Assembly: GCA_964372755.1 (NCBI GenBank)
Contig: CAYJQX010000001.1
Location: 6,563 to 70,562 of the forward strand
Direction: 5' to 3'
DNA length: 64,000 nucleotides
Origin: an uncultured Candidatus Saccharibacteria bacterium
GTDB lineage: Bacteria; Patescibacteriota; Minisyncoccia; UBA9983
The translations under genes and the position numbers were made by a program. Below the pieces are notes generated by a model. It was not told the origin of the DNA and did not search any database. It was given only the letters and a program-made list of their open reading frames with translations. Positions 1 through 8,101 of the stretch are shown piece by piece; position 1 is the first letter of the stretch; each line of letters begins with the position of its first letter.

Positions 1-1241
1 CCTTGAGCTAATTTTTCTACCCGCCATCTATCTAGATTTTCAGCAACTTCAGTAAAATTTGGCTCTAAAATAACCAAGTAGCCATTTTTATCTACTGCCC
101 GTATCCTTCCCATGGAATCAAAATTTACTTGGGTGAGCCCAGACACTCTCTTTACTTCATCTAAGGTATCTTTTATTACTACAACCAGATCTTCTTTGGA
201 GTAAAAAAGGAAGAAATTTCCGGTCGGATCCAATTGGAGATTACGAACACTTTCATATTTTTTTGGAAATTCTGTTACTACTGATTTCCACGTATTTGGC
301 TCTTCACTTAAATCAAGTCGTGCGACACTTCTAGGATTACTGCTCTGACAGTAATAAATGACATTCGGGTTTGAAGGATCTATCGCTATATTTCTCTCCA
401 CAGAGGGTATGCTTTCAGAAAATATTGGTGAACCTTGAGCATCTCCGGTATCAAAGATATTTATACCAACATCAGTGATAAGTGCGTAATGGGATGCATT
501 AAGTTGTTTGTAACCCTCATTTTCTCCAAGTAATTTCTCTACTTCTTTTTTTAGTTCTTGTGGTATTGGATCAGATGGATTTAGTCTTTTCCAATCTTTT
601 GGGGCAAGAGTGACTCCTTTTTCATTTTTTGTTACAAAAGCAAAGAAAGCACCTTCCTTTGTGGTTAATAACACATATTTATCTGACAGAACAGTAAGCT
701 CGGAGGCAGAAAGCTTTACGGGTTTTTGACCGGAACTTCTTAGTTCAAAATATGTATTTCGATAATTACCGAGAGACTTTTGTGCAAACGCTTTCAACTC
801 AAGTGGAACTTGGTCAATCATCATGATTAAATTACTACTCACATGATCACGGCTGTTACCTATATAAGGTTTACCGATTTTATGTCCTATATCAGATTCT
901 GCCCAATTTACTGTTATTTCTTTAGTACTCAAAGGGGGCTTGAAGTCGTCAATAGGTTCAGCATTTTCATCAAGAATTATTATTTCAGGAGATTCCTCTA
1001 ATGTAATAATTGTATAGTTATTCCAAGGTCGAATTATTTCAATTTTCTTTTTTTCACCGCCTTCTTGATTGATAGGTTGTGCTGATCTTTGTATTTCTTT
1101 CAACTCCAATTCTGGCAAAGCCCGCCCTTCTTCTATGGGTGGCTGTAGTGGTTTACCCGAAGCATCTAATTGAGATTCTGAAAATTCCATATACAAGAAT
1201 AGTAATAAAATTTTCGTCAATGGTAAAGCGCCCGCATTCAT
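1..1241 (-). CDS. hypothetical protein, C-terminus cut by window edge (start at 1241 or alternative ATG at 1190)
   Basis: Hand-translated minus-strand frame is open from ATG 1239-1241 (MNAGALPLTKILLLFLYMEFSESQLDASGKPLQPPIEEGRALPELELKEIQ...) down to coordinate 1 with no stop. It is absent from the ORF track only because it has no stop inside the window. A GGGGA SD-like element sits about 6 nt upstream of 1241. No family recognised. Confidence 0.5.
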   Translation of the reverse strand, partial: MNAGALPLTKILLLFLYMEFSESQLDASGKPLQPPIEEGRALPELELKEIQRSAQPINQEGGEKKKIEIIRPWNNYTIITLEESPEIIILDENAEPIDDFKPPLSTKEITVNWAESDIGHKIGKPYIGNSRDHVSSNLIMMIDQVPLELKAFAQKSLGNYRNTYFELRSSGQKPVKLSASELTVLSDKYVLLTTKEGAFFAFVTKNEKGVTLAPKDWKRLNPSDPIPQELKKEVEKLLGENEGYKQLNASHYALITDVGINIFDTGDAQGSPIFSESIPSVERNIAIDPSNPNVIYYCQSSNPRSVARLDLSEEPNTWKSVVTEFPKKYESVRNLQLDPTGNFFLFYSKEDLVVVIKDTLDEVKRVSGLTQVNFDSMGRIRAVDKNGYLVILEPNFTEVAENLDRWRVEKLAQ

Positions 1242-1697
1242 TCCCCAGACCCCTTTCTGCGGGTGGGAAATCAACCGAGGCAAAACGAAAAATCCTTTTT
1301 CCCAGAAAAAAGATTTTCGCTTTGCCGAGTCCGTATTGAAGCCCCACGCACCCGGCGCGTGCCACATTACCAATTTTGGAAATAGGTTCTAACTTGGTAC
1401 AATAAATACACAATATAATCGAGTCAGGCGGGCGGGTAAGCCGTTAATGTAGGTTCGATTCCAACGTGGTGCAGAATACTTGAATTAGTCCGAACGCATT
1501 TTTCCGAAAAAATCCCCCCGAAAAAATTCGGAAAGGCGGCCGAGTCGCACCGCTCAAAACCGCAAAAGAACCCGGAGAAAAACATCGGCTCGAACCATGT
1601 TTTAGAAAATCGCCAATTCGTTTTTGCCCCGAAAATTCAATACCAACTGGCCGCCGAGCGAAGCGAGGCGGCTTCCTCTGGCTTGCTATTTCCGAAA

Positions 1698-1774
1698 TGG
1701 TGCGGGATGGAGGATTCGAACCCCCGGCATCGTCAGTGTAAATGACGCGCTCTAACCAACTGAGCTAATCCCGC
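1698..1774 (-). tRNA. tRNA-Val (anticodon TAC), CCA encoded
   Basis: Reverse complement is GCGGGAT TA GCTC AGTTGGTTA GAGC G CGTCA TTTACAC TGACG ATGCC GGGGG TTCGAAT CCTCC ATCCCGC ACCA. This gives a canonical cloverleaf with 7-bp acceptor stem, D arm, anticodon loop TTTACAC (anticodon TAC) and a TTCGAAT T-loop. Confidence 0.85.
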
Positions 1775-1865
1775 GATTATTTTAATCTATACGAAAAACA
1801 ACCTGAGGACAAGATGTGTATAAGTAGACTGGTAATATGTATTCTACATACAGTATACTTTACTT

Positions 1866-2540
1866 GTGAAAATAATTGAAAAACAAAAGGCTAGGGAGTT
1901 ACGAAAACAAGGTAAGTCGATTAACCAGATTGTAAAGGAAGCTGGATTATCAAAGTCTAGTGTTAGCGATTGGGTTAGAGATATTGTTTTAACAAAAGCC
2001 CAGAGAAATAAAATTTCTCAAAGAGGTAGGAGTGTTGAATCTATAGAGAGAAGAAGATCAAGTCGTCTTGCAAATGAATATAAAAAGAAAAGAGCCATAA
2101 TTGATTTAGCGAAAGAGGATTTTGATAATATTACTGCAGAGCAGTTAAAGCTAATCGGAATTATTTTATATTTAGGCGAGGGGGCAAAAACTAATAAGGG
2201 AGTGGTTTCTGTGGCAAACAGTGATCCGATAGTTATTAAAATTGTGGCTAAATTCTTAAGAGAAACCTGTAAGGTTTCTGAGGATAAATTTCGTGGACAT
2301 ATACATACATTTGCTCATGCCGATGTAAACAAAACAGAAAGATTTTGGTCAAAAATTTCAGGAATTCCCAGAAATCAGTTTTATAAAACATATATTAAGT
2401 CTAGTTCTGCTAGCTTGCAAAAAAGACAAACACTTCCTTTTGGAACATTTAGTATTTCTACCAATGACACAAAACTTTTTCTGACTATAATGGGTTGGAT
2501 TGAAAGGATTAAGGAATTAACTGTTGGATTTATTAAATAG
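1866..2540 (+). CDS. HTH (resolvase/sigma-r4-like) + LAGLIDADG-like endonuclease family protein
   Basis: GTG start. N-terminal HTH KSINQIVKEAGLSKSSVSDWVRD. LAGLIDADG-like block LIGIILYLGEGAKTNK. Paralog of ORF 61792-62457, aligning over LYLGEG / LFLYWGEGG and the C-terminal part. Lies directly beside tRNA-Val. Confidence 0.5.
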   Translation: MKIIEKQKARELRKQGKSINQIVKEAGLSKSSVSDWVRDIVLTKAQRNKISQRGRSVESIERRRSSRLANEYKKKRAIIDLAKEDFDNITAEQLKLIGIILYLGEGAKTNKGVVSVANSDPIVIKIVAKFLRETCKVSEDKFRGHIHTFAHADVNKTERFWSKISGIPRNQFYKTYIKSSSASLQKRQTLPFGTFSISTNDTKLFLTIMGWIERIKELTVGFIK

Positions 2541-2548
2541 ACTTTTTT

Positions 2549-3256
2549 ATGCAAATTACCTCTATTTACGAAGACGAAGATGTTTTGGTTTTGAATAAAC
2601 CCGCCGGATTACAGGTGCATCCTGCGCCGAATGGGGACACAACACAAAAAACATTGGTTGATTGGATTAAAGAAAACCGACCGGAAATTTTGGGGGTAGG
2701 CGATGACCCTCTTTTGCGCCCGGGGATTGTTCATCGTTTAGACAAAGACACCTCCGGTGTTTTAGTCGTCGCCAAAAATCAGTCCACGTTTGAGTTTTTA
2801 AAAAAACAATTCCAAGAAAAAGTTTTACAAAAAACATATATGGCCCTTGTTTACGGCAATATTAAAAACAACGAAGGAATTATTAATCGGCCGATTGGCA
2901 AGAGCAGGAGCGATTTCCGCAAGAGGTCTTCTTTTGATAACTTGCGTGGGAAAATAAGGGAGGCAATAACCGAGTACAAAGTTCTTCAAAGATTTAAGGA
3001 TTTCACATTTATTGAATGCTATCCAAAAACGGGTCGAACCCACCAGATAAGAGTCCATATGAAGTTTATCGGCCATCCGATAGTCGGGGATATTCTCTAT
3101 GGGGGAAGGAAGAAAATTCCGCCCGAAGGTCTTGCAAGGCAATTTCTGCACGCCAATTCCATAGAAATTACTCTTCCAAACGGAACAAAAGCCCTCTTTG
3201 AGGCTGATTTACCTGCTGATCTTGAGGGCGTTCTCAAAACCTTGCAAAAACTCTGA
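2549..3256 (+). CDS. RluA-family pseudouridine synthase
   Basis: Catalytic motif HRLDKDTSGVLVVAK and downstream THQIRVH are typical of RluA/RluD-class 23S rRNA/tRNA pseudouridine synthases. Confidence 0.85.
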   Translation: MQITSIYEDEDVLVLNKPAGLQVHPAPNGDTTQKTLVDWIKENRPEILGVGDDPLLRPGIVHRLDKDTSGVLVVAKNQSTFEFLKKQFQEKVLQKTYMALVYGNIKNNEGIINRPIGKSRSDFRKRSSFDNLRGKIREAITEYKVLQRFKDFTFIECYPKTGRTHQIRVHMKFIGHPIVGDILYGGRKKIPPEGLARQFLHANSIEITLPNGTKALFEADLPADLEGVLKTLQKL

Positions 3257-3281
3257 TTTCTGTGCTATTGTTACGAGCGTT

Positions 3282-3680
3282 ATGGCATACTCAATAAAGG
3301 AGGAAAGAAAAAGCTGGGCGCCTGTTATCAGAGCCGGCAACACCGTAAAGGTGTGGCAAAAAATCAAGGAAGGCGATAAATTCCGCCTTCAGGCTTTTGA
3401 AGGACTGGTAATCGCCCATAAACATGGCACTGAAGCCGGAGCGACTTTTACCGTGAGAAAAGTGTCAGAAGGTATTGGCATTGAAAGAATTTTTCCTCTT
3501 TATTCTCCGAATGTGGAAAAAATCGATCTTGTAAAAAGCTCTCAAGTGCGTCGCGCCAAACTTTACTATGTTCGCGAAAAAGCCGCTAAAGAGATAAAAA
3601 AGAAAATGCGTCGCTTAAACACTCTTCCCAAAAAAGAGGCGGTAATGGAGGATGTCATCGAAACTTTTAAAGAAGAATAA
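3282..3680 (+). CDS. rplS: 50S ribosomal protein L19
   Basis: MAYSIKEERKSWAPVIRAGNTVKVWQKIKEGDKFRLQAFEGLVIAHKHG...RAKLYYVR matches the L19 signature. The internal ATG at 3282 was chosen over the upstream GTG of the track ORF. Confidence 0.85.
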   Translation: MAYSIKEERKSWAPVIRAGNTVKVWQKIKEGDKFRLQAFEGLVIAHKHGTEAGATFTVRKVSEGIGIERIFPLYSPNVEKIDLVKSSQVRRAKLYYVREKAAKEIKKKMRRLNTLPKKEAVMEDVIETFKEE

Positions 3681-3733
3681 TCTTTTTTACTATAATCCTC
3701 AGGATTTGTTATTTTAAATAATTAATTAAAATT

Positions 3734-3816
3734 GCGCGGGTGCTGTAACGGTAGCCAGGCTGGCTTGAGGTGCCAGTGTCCGCAAGGACGTGGAGGTTCA
3801 AGTCCTCTCCCGCGCA
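3734..3816 (+). tRNA. tRNA-Leu (anticodon GAG), type II with long variable arm
   Basis: GCGCGGG TG CTG TAACGGTAGC CAG G CTGGC TTGAGGT GCCAG TGTCCGCAAGGACGT GGAGG TTCAAGT CCTCT CCCGCGC A. It has a 3-bp D stem, anticodon loop TTGAGGT and a variable-arm hairpin GTCC/GGAC. CCA is not encoded. Confidence 0.85.
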
Positions 3817-3967
3817 TAGTGAGCGAAGCGAACAAAGCGCGGAGCGAGCCAACTGCTTGGCTCGCGAGAGAGGGCTTGAATGCCGGAGTCATATCAAGTC
3901 AGCAGACGAGATGGCGAGGCGGGGGCGAGAAAATTTGTGAGTGACTGACGAACAAATTATTCGTGCC

Positions 3968-3995
3968 CAAGTCCTGATGTCTCTCCCGCGCACCA
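3968..3995 (+). repeat. direct degenerate copy of the tRNA-Leu 3' end (CAAGTCCT..TCTCCCGCGCA + CCA)
   Basis: CAAGTCCTgatgtCTCTCCCGCGCACCA matches the tRNA-Leu 3' region CAAGTCCTCTCCCGCGCA apart from a 5-nt insertion. The intervening 3817-3967 is GC-rich with the hairpin GAGCGAGCC aactgctt GGCTCGCGAG. Confidence 0.5.
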
Positions 3996-4072
3996 GAACA
4001 GAACTCAAAGGTTTCCTTCAACTTCGCTCAGGACAGGTTTCGGAGGTCGAATAAATGTGGCTTTGATAAAAT

Positions 4073-5149
4073 TTAATTGAAAATCTCAAACGAGCAGTTG
4101 TTTTTGTTTGGAATACTTCCTAGGTACTCGTCACAAAAAATCGCAGTTTCCTCGGGGGATAAAAGTTTTGGCTGGGTGCTTATTATTTTGTAGGGGATAA
4201 TATGAACCTCTGTTTTGTTTTGTCCCAAAATCACTCCACCCGCGATTCCTTGATTGGTCTCTGCTTCAAGCTGGTCAAAAACAAAATTTCCGAGAGAGTA
4301 AAAGATCGCTTTTCCTTTATATACTTCAACTGACTCTATGACATGAGGATGGTGGCCGAAAATTATATCGGCGCCACTGTCTATAAGGCTATGAGCTATT
4401 TGCTCCTGATTTTTTGAATGTTGCTTTTGATATTCTATTCCCCAGTGGATATTTACAACGACGTAATCGTTTTCTTCTTTTAATTTCCCAACGAGAGGGT
4501 AAAAATCATGTAGAGGAATCGGTTGGACGGTTTCGTCTATTCCCAAAAAGGCGATATTTTTCTCTCCGATCTGCTTTGAGATGTGGCTTTTCTCGATTGT
4601 TCGTCCGCCAAAATATTCTATGCCAAAGTCATCCAAATTATTTTCTGTGGCGCGGACACCCTCTAGGTAGCAATCAAAGATATGATTATTGGCTAAGTTT
4701 ACCAGACTTACCCCCGCTTTTTTTAGTCTTTCACCCGTACTTTTGGAAAATTGGAAATTATATGCTTTCTTTTGGCAGTTTTCTCTTTCTGTTTCAATAA
4801 TTGGTCCTTCCAGATTACCCACAACAAAGTCTATTTTTTCTTCCAGAAAAGCGTTTTTTATTTCCTCAATATGCTCAAAAGGTTCGCGTCCTTTTGTGAT
4901 GGCATTTCTTACTCCGCGATCCAGCATTATGTCTCCAAAATTTAGGATGGAAATACCCCCCGTCAATTCTTTATATGGGTCTTTCGGTGGGTTTGGTATT
5001 TCTGGATAATTTTCTTGGGAGGTTTGAATTGACTCGTTTTCTTTTGTCTTAAAATAAATCAAGGTTGCCAAGAGAAAAAATATGGCGCCCATGAATACAA
5101 GAAAATGCAACGATTTTTTACCTTTTACCTTTTCCGAGTAATTTTCCAT
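4073..5149 (-). CDS. CapA/PgsA-family metallophosphoesterase (poly-gamma-glutamate synthesis-like), N-terminal membrane anchor
   Basis: Motifs LANNH and GHHPH and a calcineurin-like fold signature. Start placed at internal Met (MENYSEKVKGKKSLHFLVFMGAIFFLL, a TM anchor) so it does not overlap the divergent ORF at 5282. Confidence 0.65.
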   Translation of the reverse strand: MENYSEKVKGKKSLHFLVFMGAIFFLLATLIYFKTKENESIQTSQENYPEIPNPPKDPYKELTGGISILNFGDIMLDRGVRNAITKGREPFEHIEEIKNAFLEEKIDFVVGNLEGPIIETERENCQKKAYNFQFSKSTGERLKKAGVSLVNLANNHIFDCYLEGVRATENNLDDFGIEYFGGRTIEKSHISKQIGEKNIAFLGIDETVQPIPLHDFYPLVGKLKEENDYVVVNIHWGIEYQKQHSKNQEQIAHSLIDSGADIIFGHHPHVIESVEVYKGKAIFYSLGNFVFDQLEAETNQGIAGGVILGQNKTEVHIIPYKIISTQPKLLSPEETAIFCDEYLGSIPNKNNCSFEIFN

Positions 5150-5281
5150 ATTCACCAATGATGTGATTCTACCACTTTCCAAAATTTTTACGCTTTCTCC
5201 CGGGGAGAGAAGGACTGGATTGTTTATGGTATTTGTGGTATCGTCGGAGACGGTATAAGACTTAATCAAAAATATAAAAAT

Positions 5282-6304
5282 ATGGAAAATGTAGAAACAG
5301 CTATAGGGGGCGCGGGGGAGAAAGGCTTTCAAGATCATGGAGAGATAAAATTTCCTAAGGTTTTTTCTTTAATTGAATCTTCTTGGAATATTTACAAAGC
5401 AAATTGGCGGACCTTTTTCGGAGTCATCATTATTCCTCTTGCTGTCTCTGCTTTGTTTAATATTACGAGTCAGTTTATTGGAAATAGTAACAGTTTTTTT
5501 GGTTTTGCTTCATTCTCTGTTTTTTATTTACTTGCCCTATTTTTCCAAGTTTGGGGATATGTGGCTCTTTTGGTTGTGATAACAAACAACGAAGAGAAAA
5601 TCAGCTTCAGAGAAGCTTTCAAAAGAAGTTTACGGAAAATCCATTCTTATCTCTGGGTGACTATTTTATATGTCGCTCTTTTTTTGGGAGGACTGATTTT
5701 TTTTGTAGTTCCTGCCGTTCTTTTTGCCCTGTGGTTTATTTTTAGTTTCTTTATTCTTGTTGCAGAAAACGAGAAAGGAATGAATGCGTTGCTGAAGAGC
5801 CGTGAATACGTAAGAGGTCATTGGTGGCGGATTTTCGGAAAAATATTTTCTTTTGTTTTCTTGGCAATTGTCTCTTGTGTCATATTTCTTTTGCCTGCGG
5901 GTTTGGCTTTTAAGTTTAGTGATTTTTCTTTTCCTCTTATCGCTTTCTTGATTTTTTACTTTTCTATTTTTATGGCATTGGTAACTTTTATTCTTGTCCC
6001 GACGGGCCAAATTTATGCTTTCCTGATATACAAACATCTCAAGGAAATAAAAAAAGATTTTGAATTCAAACCGACAAAGAAAAGAAAAGCCCTTTTCTTT
6101 TCCGTGGCAATCATTGGCCCAGTTGTCGCTCTTGCTTTAACGGCATATTTTATACTCACTGTTTTGGGCTCAATTTTTAAAGCTTTTGGAACACCAAGAC
6201 AGTTTCCTTATGAAAACACCTCCGTTTCTTCGGGGAATGATTTGCAGATTAAAGATCTGGATGCTTTTTTGAATCTCCCAAAAACGATTCCTCCAAAAAA
6301 TTGA
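5282..6304 (+). CDS. polytopic membrane protein, function unknown
   Basis: Multiple hydrophobic helices (FFGVIIIPLAVSALF, LIFFVVPAVLFALWFIFSFFILV and others). No catalytic motif recognised. Confidence 0.45.
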   Translation: MENVETAIGGAGEKGFQDHGEIKFPKVFSLIESSWNIYKANWRTFFGVIIIPLAVSALFNITSQFIGNSNSFFGFASFSVFYLLALFFQVWGYVALLVVITNNEEKISFREAFKRSLRKIHSYLWVTILYVALFLGGLIFFVVPAVLFALWFIFSFFILVAENEKGMNALLKSREYVRGHWWRIFGKIFSFVFLAIVSCVIFLLPAGLAFKFSDFSFPLIAFLIFYFSIFMALVTFILVPTGQIYAFLIYKHLKEIKKDFEFKPTKKRKALFFSVAIIGPVVALALTAYFILTVLGSIFKAFGTPRQFPYENTSVSSGNDLQIKDLDAFLNLPKTIPPKN

Positions 6305-6329
6305 CACATAATCTACGTTGTGATACAAT
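6301..6329 (+). promoter_or_regulatory. sigma70-like promoter: TTGACA-N17-TGaTACAAT, 6 nt before the GTG start of the MscS gene
   Basis: TTGACA at 6301-6306 and an extended -10 TGATACAAT at 6321-6329. Start codon GTG at 6336 implies a leaderless or near-leaderless transcript. Confidence 0.5.
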
Positions 6330-6335
6330 ATAGGG

Positions 6336-7214
6336 GTGGAGTTATTCTCTTTTATAGACGGTTTTTGGAACAAAAATACTTTAGCTGGAGCTACGGCTAT
6401 TTTTGTTCTTGTTATTATCTATCGGCTACTTAGCAAAACTCTTCTTAAACATTTTGAAGAAAAAGGCGTAAAACAAGACGAAAGAAAAAACTTCTTTCTT
6501 TTCTGGCGCTATGGCTGGTATACCTTGGGTATTGTTTTGCTTTTAGTGAGTTTTTCTGGTTCTATCGCGGGCTTGGGTATTTCCGCCGCGTTTCTCGGTC
6601 TTATTATGGGTTGGTCGCTTCAAGCGCCGGTAACGGGCCTTGCGGGCTGGCTTATGATTATTTTGAAACGTCCGTTTAAAATCGGGGACAGAATAATTAT
6701 TGCCGGCATTACCGGAGACGTAACGGATATTAATCTAACCCACATAGTTTTGAATCAGGTGGGTGGCACTATTGGCGGAGAGGAGAGATCGGGCCGGGCG
6801 GTTTTGATTCCAAACGCCACTTTGTTCGGGCAAATAATTTACAACTACACTTCAGAAAGTCATTATTTGCTTGATGAAGTGGTAATTAATGTTACTTTTG
6901 AATCAGATATGGAAGAAGCCAATAAAATTCTTCTTTTGTCAGCCGAAGAGGTGACAGGGGATGTAATGAGGAAAACAAATGAAAAGCCATTTATCCGAAC
7001 GGAAATCATGGAATATGGCGTGCGTCTTCGCTTGCGCTACAAAGCTTTCGCCAAAGACAGGCAGAGAACAACCAGCGAAATATCGGTGCGGATTTTAAAA
7101 GGTTTTAGGGCGTCAGACAAGGTGGCTTTTGCTTATCCTCATACGGAGATAGTTTATAAACCCGACACCAATACGCGAATTGATGCGAATGGCACGAATA
7201 GTATTAAATCCTAA
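6336..7214 (+). CDS. mechanosensitive ion channel, MscS family
   Basis: Three N-terminal TM helices followed by the MscS beta-domain pattern LKRPFKIGDRIIIAGITGDVTDINLTHIVLNQVGG. Confidence 0.8.
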   Translation: MELFSFIDGFWNKNTLAGATAIFVLVIIYRLLSKTLLKHFEEKGVKQDERKNFFLFWRYGWYTLGIVLLLVSFSGSIAGLGISAAFLGLIMGWSLQAPVTGLAGWLMIILKRPFKIGDRIIIAGITGDVTDINLTHIVLNQVGGTIGGEERSGRAVLIPNATLFGQIIYNYTSESHYLLDEVVINVTFESDMEEANKILLLSAEEVTGDVMRKTNEKPFIRTEIMEYGVRLRLRYKAFAKDRQRTTSEISVRILKGFRASDKVAFAYPHTEIVYKPDTNTRIDANGTNSIKS

Positions 7215-7262
7215 CTTCCTTCATTCGCGATATTCGTGGGTATTATTCGTGTATTGGTGTCG
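7163..7262 (+). repeat. about 100-nt imperfect-palindromic MITE-like repeat, copy 1 (terminal inverted repeats CGACACCAATACGCGAAT / ATTCGTGTATTGGTGTCG)
   Basis: Related copies at 27469-27602, 34733-34773 and 39161-39263. This copy contains the last codons and the TAA stop of the MscS gene. Confidence 0.55.
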
Positions 7263-7284
7263 TTACTAAAATTTCATTTTAACT

Positions 7285-7842
7285 ATGACTAATCTTTACA
7301 CAGGCAAAGGAGATGGCGGAGATACGGGATTTTTTGATACCAAAAAAAGAGTATCCAAAGGCTCTTTGCGCGTGGAAGCTCTTGGCGCTCTCGACGAGAT
7401 AAATTCCCTTTTGGGAGTTTTGAAAGTCAAAGCCAGAAAAGATAATTTTAAAAATGTAAGCGAAGTTTTGTTTATCGTGCAAAACGACCTTTTCACCATT
7501 CAAGCGGAAACGGCGGCTATTTATGCGGGGGAAAACACACCCACAAAAACAATGCCAAAAGAAAGAGTGGAGTGGCTCGAGGACATCATCCAAAAAATCG
7601 GCGAGCAGATGAACCCGATAAAAAGTTTTACTGTCGCTGGAGGAAGCGAGCTTTCCGCTACTTTTGATTATGCCAGAGCCATTTCAAGAAGAGTGGAAAG
7701 AGTGGTCGTGCGTCTCAAAGACGAAGAAGGTTTTGGAGTAGAGTCGCTTCGATATTTGAACAGGCTTTCTTCTCTTCTTTTTGCTTTAGCTAGATTTGTA
7801 AACCATAAGCGTGGTATAAGAGAGGAAGCTCCGAAGTATTAG
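7285..7842 (+). CDS. PduO-type ATP:cob(I)alamin adenosyltransferase
   Basis: N-terminus MTNLYTGKGDGGDTGFFD...RVSKGSLRVEALGALDEINSLLG matches the PduO/MMAB family signature. Confidence 0.75.
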   Translation: MTNLYTGKGDGGDTGFFDTKKRVSKGSLRVEALGALDEINSLLGVLKVKARKDNFKNVSEVLFIVQNDLFTIQAETAAIYAGENTPTKTMPKERVEWLEDIIQKIGEQMNPIKSFTVAGGSELSATFDYARAISRRVERVVVRLKDEEGFGVESLRYLNRLSSLLFALARFVNHKRGIREEAPKY

Positions 7843-7918
7843 AGAGGAGGGATTGTATGTGGGATGTAGAGTATAGTGTGTAACTAGTCAGTATTTTAGC
7901 GTATCATTGTAAACTAAT

Positions 7919-7995
7919 GGTGGTCGTAGCTCAATTGGTAGAGCTCCGGTTTGTGGTACCGGCGGTTGCGGGTTCAAGCCCCGTCGATCACCCCA
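7919..7995 (+). tRNA. tRNA-His (anticodon GTG) with extra 5' G(-1), CCA encoded
   Basis: G GTGGTCG TA GCTC AATTGGTA GAGC T CCGGT TTGTGGT ACCGG CGGTT GCGGG TTCAAGC CCCGT CGATCAC C CCA. The G-1:C73 pair is characteristic of tRNA-His. Confidence 0.85.
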
Positions 7996-8101
7996 GACGT
8001 TTCAACTAAAAATGTTTGTTTTAGGTTCTAAATAAGATTTCCTTTTCGCTTCGGCATCATAGATTAAAGCCCTTCTTTTTTCTCTGATACAATAGGCTGT
8101 G

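Noticed and set aside
1153-1413. 86-aa minus-strand ORF from the track
   Set aside because: It is out of frame with, and overlaps, the long hand-translated minus-strand CDS (1-1241) that the track omitted because it has no stop inside the window.
1451-1461. GGTTCGATTCC T-loop-like motif on the + strand as evidence of another tRNA
   Set aside because: The flanking sequence cannot form a T stem or acceptor stem. It is treated as part of the unexplained GC-rich spacer.
3732-3944. 70-aa ORF from the six-frame track (MRGCCNGSQAGLRCQ...)
   Set aside because: Lies on top of tRNA-Leu(GAG) and the GC-rich structured spacer. Its composition is an artefact of GC-rich RNA-like sequence.
3817-3967. a second tRNA or tmRNA in the spacer after tRNA-Leu (because of the ...TCTCCCGCGCACCA end)
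   Set aside because: There is no T-loop motif and no 5' acceptor partner within 100 nt. Only the last 25 or so nt resemble a tRNA, so it is a duplicated 3' end rather than a gene.
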